Below are positions 1 through 14,290 of a stretch of DNA of 64,000 nucleotides, piece after piece (the first letter of the stretch is position 1; each line of letters starts with the position of its first letter). The translations under genes and the position numbers were made by a program. Source of the stretch: Octopus sinensis (lineage: Eukaryota). The stretch is from assembly GCF_006345805.1 (NCBI RefSeq), contig NC_043011.1, positions 24,192,464-24,256,463 on the forward strand, read 5' to 3'. Below the pieces are notes generated by a model, which ran no database searches, was not told where the DNA came from, and saw only the letters and a list, made by a program, of their open reading frames with translations.

Positions 1-763
1 ACAGAACTTAACAAGCTTTGGTGGAAATGGGTGTTTCTTTCTTGAACAAACTGAGATTCTGCTGAGATCTTATCACTAATACAATGAAAGTGTGTATTAA
101 CACACACTGTGAAAACTGTATTTCAGGACTGAAAATATAAATCTGTAATGCATGGTGTGCACAGCACACAAATAAGTTTCATATAACATGTAAAAATTAA
201 CCCTTATACAACTTCTAACACTACTTTTTTGTTAAAATGCTGATGTCTTTAAGAATGTGATTATTGAGATTGATTGATTTATGAACAAAATTTTGAATAA
301 AGCCCTTTTTTTTTATTGCATCATAGTTCTATACTAAATACAGTGTAAAAACATCAGTAGGCTTTGTCCAAAAAAAGCTACTGTATTACATAATATATTT
401 CAGTTTTTAAAATATATGACCTAAATAGATGTATTTTACACATCAAGGAAGTTTTTTTGATGATGCATTTTAAAATTCATAATTGCCAAAGATGCAAAGT
501 AACTAGTATATAATCTGTTATTTAATGAAAAAAGTAGTTTTGTTCTTTTCTTGCAAAATTAAAAACCGTTGCATACTTCAAATGTCCAGAAGGTAAGAAA
601 TTTAACTTTTTGATACCCAACTACCTAAGATTGTCCTAGTTCTATAATACAGACTTCTTGTTTTCAAGTGATCAAAATTAAGCCTTTCCTAAAAATTTCT
701 TATATTCTAAAGCCAAGCTTAATGACAAAGATATTTCACTAAATCTTTATTATTTTCAAAATA

Positions 764-819
764 AACTCAAAGGTGGTGCTCCAGCATGGCTGCAGTCAAC
801 TGACTGAAACAAGTAAAAA
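764..819 (+). mobile_element. SINE 3' tail fragment (Octopus-type family A)
   Basis: AAGGTGGTGCTCCAGCATGGCTGCAGTCAACTGACTGAAACAAGTAAAA is the reverse complement of the tail of the SINE copies at 49722 and 60609. Confidence 0.7.
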
Positions 820-3280
820 AAAGGTGGGACAGTGTATTTCAACAGAAATACAGTTACATAAATGTTTACTAGAAATGTTGATAATGTTGTATATGCATTG
901 AAGAATAGTATGAAAGAGATATAAAGTAAAATAGGTTTACAGATACATTTACAGATATAAATTTTATATGAACTGTTAATTTAACACATGTCACAATATA
1001 TGAAAAAACAAAAAACAATTCAGTGAAATATCTATCTTCAAAAAACCATTAAAGCATATACTAACATTATTGAGTATTTAACATAAAAATTTGTTAAAAA
1101 TCAACCTATTTTTTTCTGACTACTAAAATAAGTGATTACAATCAACAACCATTTACACTTTTTATAATTACTTCAGTTATCACAATATGAAAATAGTTGA
1201 TAAAGAATAAATTCAAGAAAAAGAAAACATAAATAAGGGCAAGAATATGACAAATACTTATGAGTTATACAGAAAAAGAATTATGCAATAATTGTCAATA
1301 TCTTTTAATATTTTAGTAGGAGGAAAGTCAGCAAGCATGACACTGTATGGTCTTCAACGTTGCTGGAGGAAAGAATGGAAAACTTACAACACCTAGGTTA
1401 TCCTAAGGTCCTATGTACCAGGTGAGTAGGACCTGTCCTAAATACTTGAAACAGGCACCCAAGAAACAAGTTATGATGTGAAACCAAGAAATGCAATAAG
1501 TCTACTATTCAAGAATAGGTACACTTCATCCAATGGACTTCAACGTAATTTTCTCTAAGTTCACTTTTAAGATTTAGGCCAACTCAAGGCTATGGCAGAG
1601 ACACTTCTTCAAAGTATCACAGTAGGCTCAAAACAGTGAAATAAATAACTGCAAAGCTAACTTCACCATATTTATATTTTCATATAGTTACTGAAATTTC
1701 TTGTTCTGCAATGATCTACAAATGCTTAAAAATGATAAATCAACAAATTTGTTCTTCCATGTACATGAGCAACAAAAATAATGAACTTAATGGATAATTT
1801 AATTCAGTATGTGGCGAATGTCCTTTTATAATTAAATTATACATTAAGCTTGTTTCCCAACACATTTCAATATTTATTATGAACATTCTTTATATATGAA
1901 GCTAGTTGCTACAGTGCCAGTAAATAATAGCAATATGTTACATTTCTACTGATGATGATTAGTAAGTCAGAAACACTGACTTTTCTTCTTTGTATACTTA
2001 ACCAAAGAATAATGTTAGCTAACCTTTAAATGTTTCTTAATCACTAAATTTAATCCCTTTGATGTTAAAAATGGAAATAAACCGTTTTCAAAATAATGAA
2101 AGGAAAGTTCATTTTACTTAGTATGAAACCAAAAACAAGAGTTAGACAACATTAAAATTCAATACAGGTAAAGGTATGTAGGTAAATATATGAATATTTA
2201 GTTTTAAGACTTTCTTATATGCAGAAATGCTATCTTCTAAATTTATTATGCTAAACAATTTAGCATTCAGTATTAGTGACTCATGAAGTACATGATGAAA
2301 TTTGCAAGAGGGGGGAAAAAAATTAAAATTTTCAATAACCAGATTATATGCACTGCTATTTCTTAATTGTATAAATATGATCAATAACAGATAAAGAGTT
2401 ACACATAGGGAATGAGAAGAATTGTAAACTATAAAGACTAAAACTTCTTACGTAGATTGTAAATAATTCAAAGAAAAAAAAAGACTGTAAAGTTAGGAAA
2501 AGGATTAATTTAAGATAATTACAGATAATTGTTACTATGAATGATGCTTTTGAATGAAGGAATTTGAATGGAAAAACATGAAATTATGTCAAAAGCAGCA
2601 AATTTGTAATTAATTAGATGATTTGAGTAAATATCTTAATTTAGTTTAATATAATTTACTACTTGTTAAACTTTCAAAATTAAAGATAATATTTGCTCTA
2701 AACCACAACTAAATCTATTAATCAATGAATATTCTTAAAGGTTACTCTCTACAAGTGGCAGAGGGAGAGGAAGACGTAATATGTTGAAATAAAGGCTAAA
2801 ATTAGTACCAAAGTACATTTCTGTTGTCGGTTCAAATCTTGCTGAAGGCAACCCAATAATATAAAATAACTTGTGATATTAGAACTGGTTTATAATCAAC
2901 TACCTATCTCCTACATAAACTAGCGTTGTGTCTAACCAAAAGAGCTGTTTTCTGAGTTAAAGTTAATAACATATTTCAAAGAATTTATATACTAAACCAT
3001 CGACAGGAACACAATTTATTAAAACGCAATAGAACACAGCTGCAAATGATTTGACTAATATAAATGACTCCAAGAGAAATACATTTTTCATAACATATTG
3101 TAAATGAGTTTAAAAAAATCAATCTTTGATATTTAATAACTTACATGTTTTAAAGAAAAGAACTTAATAAAAAGAATCTTTAATCTCTGGAAAAAGATTA
3201 AATCTTTAGGATAAAATAAATTCAATTGCTTTAATTTAGCAAATCTAGAAATATAAATATATATATATATATATATATAT

Positions 3281-4347
3281 GGTATAAAAGAAGAATATTT
3301 AATTGATAAAGAAATAAAGTTTAAAAACATAAATGTTGATTATGAAACAGAACAAAATAGCCAACTATTAAATTCAAGCAACTTCTATTATATGACTTTT
3401 GTTACATTTTACACTCATTAAAAGTGAATTCAGCAAACTTGTACAAGCTGTTAGAATTCATGACACCTAGTTTGAGATAACTAAATTGTTTCATGTAGTT
3501 TAACACTTTGAAACAGAACAGCTGTTGTCTAAGTTTTTCTTTTTTGTTTCATTTTTGTTTCTTTTCTTTATTTCTTTTTTTTCTTTCTAGAATGTGTTTA
3601 TTAAGGTTTCCTTTGTAATATAAAAGAGATTTTTCAATACCATTCCATGCTAACATGAGTTTCACCCTTCTAGTACTAACTTGCCTGATACCTTCTCTAG
3701 TCTTATCATAGTTTTATATAAGAACCTTTTAAGTCATGTTCCAAACACTAGCTTAATATCTTTTGAAGTTTATGTAATATCAATATATGCAACTGAAACC
3801 TGTCAAGCCATTCCTCTCTCACTGCCCTTAAGTAATTGATACTGCACACTCCCTCTTATACTGGTTACCTCTGAAGAAATGAAATTCAAAGTGAGTTTTT
3901 TTTTTGCTTTTTTTTCCCCAGTTGGTGTTAGTGTTCAAAAAAATATCTTACAATAGCAGCCAAATCTCCCTCAAATCACAACCTATCATCTAAAAGGACA
4001 TCCTGAGCAATTGCAAATATACACAAAGAAAAAAAAAAGAGATAGGATGATCATGACTAAACTGTGTAAAGAAGCTGATGAGTGATCAAAGACATGGGTG
4101 ATGGGGAATCCCAGTAGATGTGTTACTACTCTAGAGCTGATGCCTTAAAAATGCATCCAGTACACACTGTAAAACGGTTGATCTTAGGAAGAGCATAAAG
4201 TACCAAGCCAAAAATGAAATGCAAGATGAGGTCTTCAACTCATCATGGCAAGTAGCACCTTCAAAATATATGCTAGTTGGTCATGATGACCTGTCCAATC
4301 AATGTTATCATGGAAACATGGAAAACAGATATAAAATTATTTTATGC
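3281..4347. repeat. Tandem duplication unit, copy 1 (period 1110 bp)
   Basis: Sequence from GGTATAAAAGAAG (3281) to TTTATGC (4347) recurs at 4391-5457 with no difference seen by eye; ORFs 4219 and 5329 are offset by exactly 1110; both ends lie in (AT)n arrays. Confidence 0.97.
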
Positions 4348-4357
4348 ATATATATAT

Positions 4358-4390
<33 letters not shown>

Positions 4391-5454
4391 GGTATAAAAG
4401 AAGAATATTTAATTGATAAAGAAATAAAGTTTAAAAACATAAATGTTGATTATGAAACAGAACAAAATAGCCAACTATTAAATTCAAGCAACTTCTATTA
4501 TATGACTTTTGTTACATTTTACACTCATTAAAAGTGAATTCAGCAAACTTGTACAAGCTGTTAGAATTCATGACACCTAGTTTGAGATAACTAAATTGTT
4601 TCATGTAGTTTAACACTTTGAAACAGAACAGCTGTTGTCTAAGTTTTTCTTTTTTGTTTCATTTTTGTTTCTTTTCTTTATTTCTTTTTTTTCTTTCTAG
4701 AATGTGTTTATTAAGGTTTCCTTTGTAATATAAAAGAGATTTTTCAATACCATTCCATGCTAACATGAGTTTCACCCTTCTAGTACTAACTTGCCTGATA
4801 CCTTCTCTAGTCTTATCATAGTTTTATATAAGAACCTTTTAAGTCATGTTCCAAACACTAGCTTAATATCTTTTGAAGTTTATGTAATATCAATATATGC
4901 AACTGAAACCTGTCAAGCCATTCCTCTCTCACTGCCCTTAAGTAATTGATACTGCACACTCCCTCTTATACTGGTTACCTCTGAAGAAATGAAATTCAAA
5001 GTGAGTTTTTTTTTTGCTTTTTTTTCCCCAGTTGGTGTTAGTGTTCAAAAAAATATCTTACAATAGCAGCCAAATCTCCCTCAAATCACAACCTATCATC
5101 TAAAAGGACATCCTGAGCAATTGCAAATATACACAAAGAAAAAAAAAAGAGATAGGATGATCATGACTAAACTGTGTAAAGAAGCTGATGAGTGATCAAA
5201 GACATGGGTGATGGGGAATCCCAGTAGATGTGTTACTACTCTAGAGCTGATGCCTTAAAAATGCATCCAGTACACACTGTAAAACGGTTGATCTTAGGAA
5301 GAGCATAAAGTACCAAGCCAAAAATGAAATGCAAGATGAGGTCTTCAACTCATCATGGCAAGTAGCACCTTCAAAATATATGCTAGTTGGTCATGATGAC
5401 CTGTCCAATCAATGTTATCATGGAAACATGGAAAACAGATATAAAATTATTTTA

Positions 5455-5457
<3 letters not shown>
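4391..5457. repeat. Tandem duplication unit, copy 2
   Basis: Apparently identical to 3281-4347; followed by (AT)n(AC)n. Confidence 0.97.
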
Positions 5458-5500
<43 letters not shown>

Positions 5501-8500
5501 AACACACAAAAATAAAACAACATACTTTATGAAAACTATATGGAGGGCAGTGTTTCTCTTTATATAAATTGAAAAAGATACTTTACTAAATTCTCTTAAA
5601 ATTTCATTTCCAAGTTTAAAGCATCTGCAGTATATTTTATTAGAAATATGTTAACAAAATTCTTACTCTGACCAAACCAATTTATCTGTGATACATAACA
5701 TTCTCAGATCTGACCTAACCAGTTTTTTCTAGGACTTCCTTAGTATGTCTACATCAGTTATAGTTGTCTACTTTTACATCTTTCCTAACATGTCTGTAGC
5801 AGCACAGATACCTTTCCCAAAAATTACCAATACTTCTAATGCTCAGCTGCTGTCATAAACATCTATAAGTTGACTAAGAACTCATTAAATATAATCGTTA
5901 TGTCTAATCAAAACATTTCATCTAAACTTTAAAGAGAAAAGCATATTCAATACATGAATTTTAATATTACATTTCATGAGAGTATCACTAAACTATGTTA
6001 TATATTTTTAGTTAAAAAAATTACTGAAGTATGAAAACATTTCATCAGTAAAGACATGAAATACTTCATTTGATATTTTAGTGAATATACAAGGTATGCA
6101 TTAAAACATTACTGAAATAATTGTGATATAACTTACTGTCATTTGCAGTAGAATAAACAAACTTCAAAGTATATGAAATGCAATGTTGGCCCTTTATGAT
6201 TCTTTAAGCTCTAGCAAGGAGATAACTAATGACAAATGAAATTGCTAAATGTCTGAGGGTTTGAAGAGTTACACTTTCCCCTAACTAGAATGTATTTTAT
6301 GATGTTTGCTTGCACTTGAATGCCTTACACATAGTTAATATTAGCTTTTTGACTGCCATGTTATTGTCCTGTTCAAGATTAATAACAGCTCTTAATCCAG
6401 TGCAGAGGTTCTGTGCTGCAATGGATTAAGAGCTGACACTAAATCAGATAAATTCTTATATCTTAAAAAAAAGATTCTAATTTCAAAGAGGACAATAACA
6501 TTGCATTCAAATAGCTAGTATTAACTAAGCATAAGGCACTCAAGTACAATCAAACATGATAAATAACTTCTACATAGGAGAAAATTTAACTCTTTAAACC
6601 CTCAGATATTTGGTAATTTCAGTTGTCAGCCTGGTACAGCCTTATGGCTTGCCAGGCCTCAGTCAAATTGTCCAACCCATGCTGGCATGGAAAGTGGACG
6701 TTAAACGATGATGATGATCAGATATCTCTTCAGCAGAGCTTAAAGATTCATGAAACCAACATGACTTCATGTAGAAAAGAAAAACAAAAACAACTTTCAC
6801 TGTTAGCATCAGTAACAAGGTTTGGAAACCACATGAGTATTATCTGCCTCAAGTGGAACGAGGAGTGGATGGCTTTTATTGACATCAAAGCAAGCATTGA
6901 AAAGAGTTCATTAGACAAGTTCTTATAATACTTTATTATTAGATTGCTTTTTGCATTGAATGATCACTAATTCTTGCTATGATGCACTTGCATTAATAGG
7001 CAAGCTATTGTTTCTGAAAAAACAAACATTTAAACAATTTACAAATATACATGAAAATTTAATACTGACTCTTACACATCTGTTTAGAAATATGAAAATT
7101 CATTTAGGCAGTTTAGAGTGACAAGTTATTTTAGAGAATTGTTAGACAATTTTTTTTAATATAAACATTCTAGTACTTTGTGCACAAATATTGAAGTAAC
7201 ATGTCTGAGTAGTTATTTAATGAAGAAGATGAATGAAACAAAAAAGTCTTAATTGGAATGGCTAGGTCTGCAATATAAAATCTAAGTTTTAATCTCCATC
7301 TAAGGGACAAAATAAAGAAAATCCAAACAATTCTTCAGAAATGCTAGAAATACACTAAATGAGAATGGGTTTTATCACAGAATTTGCAGGTGTTGTAATT
7401 TTCTACTTTGCTGGTTCCAAATTTCAGGTTAGCCACTGCCAGTCTGGTTAATGCTTTATATCAAGAAGTTTAACTGTACATTCTTGTACTAACAAAATTA
7501 CCTTTCATATTACCCATATTCTTTCATCCACACTAAGATACTTAACATTAATAACTTCTGTCAAATAAAACTTTTAAATACACCTTGTAATGGTGATCTA
7601 ATTAACATTACCAATTGCATTGTCTAATCCCCAACATACAAAAACAGTGGTTCTCAAAAACATACTTTGGACATTTCACAAACCTGGCAAAAATTGTTTG
7701 AAGATGAGTTTGCTTTTGCAAGTGTGAATAACTCCTTTAGCTTTGAACAATTAAATGACATGCTTAAACATAAAATTTTCTGTAACTGAATACAGTCTTC
7801 TTAATCATGGACATCTTAGTCAGTAATGTTGAAAAAAATTGTCATTGACATGATCAACAATCACCAGCAACTCGTAGATTGTCATGCAGTTTTCATAAAA
7901 TCTCTTTCACTATAACTACAACAGACCCTTAGACTTGCTGGGTGTGCTATAAACCTGTTTGAAACTGTTTCATGAATATGTTTCTACTTATATCATACTT
8001 TGCAGTATAACCTAGCTGTATACTAGAAAACACAAATCCCCAACTTCTCAAACACTTATTAACTTGCACGATCCTAAATTTCCACTTTTCAGCAACTTTC
8101 AGAACAGTGTCGTGATGATAATGATAAGAAGGATTATGATAAAGATAAGAGTCATACACTTGAAATGAGTTCTTAAACATGGCAAACTTTATATGATGCA
8201 ATTCAATGCAGGGAATTCATATTCCACCACAGGAAGAAAATTAAAAGCATCTAAAAATACTGATAGATATATACGATAATCTGATGGAAAACTTCAATAT
8301 ATATTTACACCAGACTATAATTATTCATAAAATTTATTATTACTTGATAAATATCTAGGCAAAGTTCTTTATTAAACTACTAGCCCATGATTACAAAGAG
8401 TTGGAAACCAAAGCTCAATATTGTTATCAAACCTATTTCAGAGAGAGGATAGAGATTAATTTAATGCTTATATAATTGTACAAGTAGTAAAACCTTTTAT

Positions 8501-10379
8501 GAAGGAAAAGCCATACTGCTAATTCAATGTACAATTTTCTATAATTGAAAAAGATGAGTGAAGCAAACAATATATTCAGAAATAACAACTATTGTTGCCA
8601 CAAGAGCAATGGATGAGAAGACATCAGAAGGACACTGAAACTGAAATGAATGAAGCATGACAATACAATATACAAATATGTGATAGAGTCACTGAGTAGG
8701 AGGATTGTCACTTAAGGCCTATCAAAGAATTTCAGAGATCAAAAGATTGGCTTGTCTGCTGAGTGCCTTCTATCAGCTGTGTTCCCAGCCTAAAGACACA
8801 TACTGAAAGTAGGCCCTTTCACTCAAGCTATGCTTACTCCTCTCACCAACTTTCAAAAATTTTACTAGAGGGCAAGTACCCTCTCTCCACCCTCACCATT
8901 CTTTCCAAATGAAAACTGAAAGTGTTTGTCCTTAGCCCTTTCAGTTGCTTGCACCATACTACCTCTTTCACTATAGCCATCAGACAGAAGTGAACTGCCT
9001 CTCAACTCCTGACCAAAAGAAGGTAACAAGACAATCATCATAATGGACTGAGCAACCTAATTTCTGTTAGGATGCAAAATAGAAATTACATTTGCTTTTT
9101 GTCAAAATGGATGAAATTCAGGGTCCTTTCAAAAGATACTAAAAGGATTGTGAAATGTTATGGAAAGAAAATAATAAATAATAAAAGCATTAGTAAATTT
9201 TGAAAGTCACAAGCAAATTCTTTTGCATTTTTAAAAGCCTTATATTCAAACCAATTTTTAAGTTTAAAATGTTATGATGATAAAAAAGCTAGAAAAATGC
9301 ATTTACTTCTATTCCATTTGCTAAATCACATTTGTATGCACATTTAAAATTTATGATTAAAAAAAATTATAGATTATTAATCTAATTATAAGATCAAAAA
9401 TGATTATTAAAAATCCAAAAGATTTCAGATATGCCAATCATATTTGGTATTTAAAGTTGAAATAATTTAATTAATAATACATAATGATTTGAGGCATATT
9501 AAAAAAAATATATATATATATTACAGCAAAATGACACAATTTAAATTCGCCTACATTAAGAAAAACAAAATTCTTATTTTAATGTTCAGACATGAGCATG
9601 CATATTTATCTTTTGAAAATGAACAGATAACATGAAAATCTTTTAATGTCTAAAATGGAAACATTATGTTCAACAGTTTCCTTAAGTTATGTAATTCTTT
9701 ATGCTATATCCAATGCATTTTAACTTTTCAGAACAACTAATCATCATAACAATACTGAAGACATACCCTGTATACAAAAGTAAGAAATCAGGTGCCTTCA
9801 ATATTTCTCTCATATAATTACCCTTAACAATTCTCTACCAGTATTAGCTGCTTTCCTATATAATTTATACAGTAATATCTAATTCTTTTTCTTTTCCCCC
9901 CTTTCAATTCTGACTATATTTCACTACCATGTAGCATCATATACCTTGCCAACAAACAATGATAAATCAATTTTCTCAAATCTAACAAAGCAAGCACTCA
10001 AAATGTTAAAACTAAAGTTATTCTAGGAGGGAAATATATACCACTCTCAATGTGTTAACTTTTGTTCTTTCAGTGTCTACCTTTCATGTCTTATATAGAT
10101 TAACGAATGCTCAAGCTTCATGCTGTAACTTTTCCTCTAATTGTCTGTCATTCCTTATAAATCTCCAGCATGCTAGTTGAGAACATAACCTTAGATACAC
10201 TCTGTACAGCCTTTTCTCTCATCCATAGAAAATAATCACTATTTTTCATATTGCCCAACTTTCCATAGAATTAATGTAAAAATAATGCAGCAAAACAAAT
10301 TCATTTAAAAGAAAAGAAAAATCAAGGAAATAATATGAACCAAATGAAAAAAATGGATCAGAGATGACACCACATGCTA

Positions 10380-10960
10380 GAAGGCTATATAAAATGTGTC
10401 TGCATCATTTTCAACAAAACTTAAAAGACTGAATATGCATCTGAGTAAAAGAAGTACAATAGCAGTGTCACTTGTTAATGTAGATTATCAGTATGATGCA
10501 GATAACATTAGTTTTGTAGTATTTTATTGTCTAACAAAGTCTAAACAATCAGTTTATAAAATACATTGACAAGGCTAGCATAAAATTCAGCGTTAGAGAA
10601 TGTGGGAGATGTGAATGATAAATATGTTGTATGCTTAAGTTAACATTGTGACTGATGTTTATAATGGAAAGTGATCATGAAAACTTCTGCTCTTGCTAAT
10701 AACTAAAGAATGTTTATTGTGACCAGTGGAATTTAATGTGACAGAGAAAGATGAGCAACAAAGACAAATGTCAAGCAAAGACTTAAGAGATGAATATGCT
10801 TTACTGGAAAGATATTCAGCCTACAAACATTCTAAGAATGTTATGTCACCAACACAGATAAATTGCTATGAACTGCTATTAGAGTAGAAATAGATCAACT
10901 ATTTCAAAATTCTTTGGCACAAGTCAAAGAGACGTCTGCAGGCCTTTCAAAAGAATTCTA
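10380..10960 (+). mobile_element. Highly decayed RTE-like LINE reverse-transcriptase remnant
   Basis: Scattered degenerate motifs by eye: GATTATCAGTATGATGCAGAT near 10485 (xYADD-like), YWKDIQPTN-like and KILWHKS...GRPFKR-like C-terminal RTE segments; many stops and indels; boundaries approximate. Confidence 0.4.
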
Positions 10961-12550
10961 TCTCTCATGTTTTAATGATTATATAAAAATGCAAGCTAAT
11001 TCTGTTTTAAAGGAATCTAGGAGGTTCCTTTAAAACTAAAATTAGTGTCTTAAATGACATGATAACTTTATTGATTGAAAATTCATTTTCTTTCTCAATT
11101 GATTATTATAACTTGTATACTCATCTATATTCAATTATTTCAGGAAAAAAGGAAAATAGTTAACTTCTAAGAATTCAGGTTAATTGATTATTTCATATGA
11201 AAATATATAAAGCATCATCTGCTTTTACTAATATCCAAAGTTCAAGAGATAATTTTTTTTATTAATTTTCATAGGTGAAAATTATCTTATTTTTCTTTTA
11301 ACACCTTGTTTCAAGTGTTAACAATAAATTTATATCTATCATTGATTGACCCAGGTGTGTTTTTACAACATTCCATTTATATGAGTAAAGACAAACAAGA
11401 ATTCAACTTCCTCCACTAATGGAGACAAATTTATAGTCCATTAAGTAACATTAAAATCCAACTGTGAATGGATTTTAGTTTGTTTGAGAGGGCTATGTAT
11501 TTATATACTTTTTTTTTTCATTTAAAAACGATTTCAAAAAATCTCAAATACAAACCTGAAAAAAAAAACAAAAAAAAACTTTGTTTTATATTATTCAATT
11601 ACTTATCTGTACAAATAGGAATTATAAACAATTTTCATTCTTTTCTACAAGTCTATAAATACATTATACACATAATATAAGATAAAATCACAGTTGATGA
11701 ATAAAGTGCTGACCAACCATGGAATGATTCACATACTAACATCAGTACTGTAACTATGACAGAAATACACAAACGCAAACCTTGCTATATCAGTCCATTT
11801 AACTGTAAAGTGATATTATGAAAAGGTGAAGTTTAATGCTATAAGCCGTGAATATTGTATAAATGATGAGTGTTCTGATGACTTGTACTGCTGACTTGAA
11901 ATTGTGTGAAAAGTTAGCTTAGAGATAAACAATTGAAGTGAAAAGAGCTAATTTACTTACACAGGTATAAGAAACAAAGATTCGTTCAACCATTCACAAT
12001 CGTAAAATAAGTTGTTTTAGATCTGCTTTTAGATTAATTTTTTAATGGTTAATGTACTATAAAATTTCATCAGATAGTAAAAGATTATAGATAAAAAAAA
12101 AAGGTTTTTCTTTTCTTCAAATAAAAACAAAAACAGAATCATAGAGATAGAGCTATTAAGGAGACCAGGTTAAAGCCTTCTTACATGCACTGCAATTTCC
12201 TCTTAGCTAGAGCTCAATATTCTGCTTTTCAACTAAAATAGGAACCATTCTTTATTTTGCTTTTAAAATTGTTTTGTATTAAGATGCCAATAATTGAAAT
12301 GGTAAAATTAACCCAGCCTGGTATGCAAAAAATGTAAAATATGTTTTAATTTTATTACTATTTTCACTATTTTTGGCTGCACAATGTTGAAGATATCAGT
12401 TAAATAGTAATTAACAGGTGTAGAATTAATCAGGAAGGAAAATGCAAAATTAAGTTGTGTAAGTAATCTGGTTAAGCGACGTTATAAAACAGACCTCATT
12501 AAAAAACTAATGAACTACATTCAGATGATGATGATGATAATAATAATAAT

Positions 12551-12755
12551 CCTTTTATTATAGGCACAAGGCCTGAAATTTTGGGGGTGGGGACTAGTCA
12601 ATTACATTGACCCCAGGGTTTCACTGATTCCAAATTTATCAACCCTGAAAAGATGAAAGGCAAAGTCAACCTCAGCAGAATTTGAACTCAGAATGTAGAC
12701 ACGGACAAAATGCCACTAAGCATTCTGCCCGGCATGCTAACAATTCTGCCAGCTC
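12551..12755 (-). mobile_element. tRNA-derived SINE (family B)
   Basis: Minus strand begins GAGCTGGCAGAATTGTTAGCATGCC, has a B-box-like GAGTTCAAATTC and the central GAGGTTGACTTTGCCTTTCATCTTTTCAGGGTTGATAAA motif, and ends in an (ATT/ATC)n tail; homologous copies at 24.1-25.7 kb. Confidence 0.8.
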
Positions 12756-13788
12756 TCTTTAGGAAGCTCCCTTTTCTTAGTAAATATTGATTCCATTTAC
12801 TTATCAGTTATACATATATTCCTGATTCTTCAAATTTGTTGGTTCCTTGTCAAATCCATTTGTTTCAACTACTTTTTACAGTTCAGTTTAATCTATTCCC
12901 ACAGCTTAGACCTTAAATAAAGACTGCACCCAATCTAACTTTCTCCAGCTCAGGAATTTTCTTCCTGTCAATGTGTTTTGATTTACTAAGACCTCGGCAT
13001 TTTAAATCTGACATTGCCTGCATTACTGTCAAATTGAAATGATGTGGTTAATGTGAAGTCTGAAGAATTTTCACTTGAAGGCAACTCAAAATACTGACAC
13101 AAAATCCTACAGCAAAAAAACCCAGCTTTATGAAAAGAATAACTTGGTAATGAGAACAAGCATATAGTTTGGATCTTCAGTCAAGTAGAAAGTATGGAAC
13201 TGATATGTTTGCATACAAATTTAGGGAAAAAGTGATATTGTAAGATACTAGCAGCTTTAATAGCTTATAAATGAATACATAAAAACATTATTTTATCATA
13301 ATTAAACTTTTATATTCTACATACAAATTCATAGAAATTACCATCCACACTCAAACAAACAAAAAGGCACACAAAAACAAAAAAAGCACAAAGACATACA
13401 GTGTGCTAGTTTGAAGTATTTTTGGACAGGACATCGACAATTATGAATGGTCCTAAAATTGAGTAAAATATACTGAAAATGCTGAAGTTCACAAAACTAA
13501 AGAAAATCTTTGATATACTACACTAAATTTCATACAAGGTATTGATATTAAAAAACTTTATTACAAAAAAAATGTTATTTAGGGAAAATACTATTTGTTA
13601 AAGACCTAAAAAGATTGAGTCATATATCAAGTGAAGAATGTTGTTTAGACCTAGGTTTGAGTGTACAGTCTTATAATTAAAGACAGTTGTGAACATCCAT
13701 CTTGTTTCCTCAGCACTGTGTTTCAGGGACCACATTATCCAATTTGTCTTTTTTTTTAATGGTAGGGTGTGGTTTAAAAGTTATTTAC

Positions 13789-13873
13789 CAGTTATTTCTA
13801 GAAAATCAAATGATTTGTACAGAGGCTCCTGCATTGGCTTGAACTGCAAAGAATCTAAGTTCAGTAGTTCAAA
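13789..13873 (-). CDS. Candidate internal exon of unidentified host gene (85 bp, phase 0-1): FELLNLDSLQFKPMQEPLYKSFDFLEIT
   Basis: Acceptor catattttag, donor ACTG|gtaaat; only one frame open; non-repetitive, protein-like composition. Confidence 0.55.
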
Positions 13874-14065
13874 CTAAAATATGCAACCTATAATTGGAAA
13901 TTTCAAGAATTTCTCCAAGGCTCTTTTGGAATATATTACTATTTATGGCTGTCCTAAAAGTTTTATTAATGACATCTCAACCATTATCTTAAAAGTTGGT
14001 ACAATTAATATATTGAAAGCAAATCTAAAAGTGAATGTAAATATTAATGAATCATCATAATTATT

Positions 14066-14290
14066 ATCATCACTTCATATCTGCCTTCCATGCTGGCATG
14101 GGTTGGACAATTCAGCAGTGGCCGATGGGAGGATAATGCTGTTCTCCAATATCTCAATTTTAGCATGATTTCTTAAGGATGTCCTTAACACCAACTACTT
14201 TAGAGTGAGTACTAAGTGCTTTTTTTTGTGTGTGTGGCACCAGCATGAGAGAAATTGACATGTATCCAACAAGAATAAAAAAGCCCTCTC
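14066..14290 (-). mobile_element. RTE-type 3' tail / short retroposon fragment
   Basis: Contains CTTCCATGCTGGCATGGGTTGGACA next to a (CAT)n tail; related tails at about 6670, 26160, 27820, 29710, 44455 and 56895. Confidence 0.65.

Noticed and set aside
1-75. Exon-like block at the window edge on the minus strand
   Set aside because: Truncated by the edge, two frames are open and the donor is ambiguous.
4219-5532. Duplicated 65-67 aa ORFs (MQDEVFNSSW...)
   Set aside because: They lie in a decayed retroposon tail and run into (AT)n; duplicated only because of the tandem duplication.
7560-8200. Possible LINE remnant and an 84-aa ORF
   Set aside because: No motif could be recognised with confidence.
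11951-12020. Consensus minus-strand donor (gtaagt) with an upstream acceptor
   Set aside because: Stops in all three frames.
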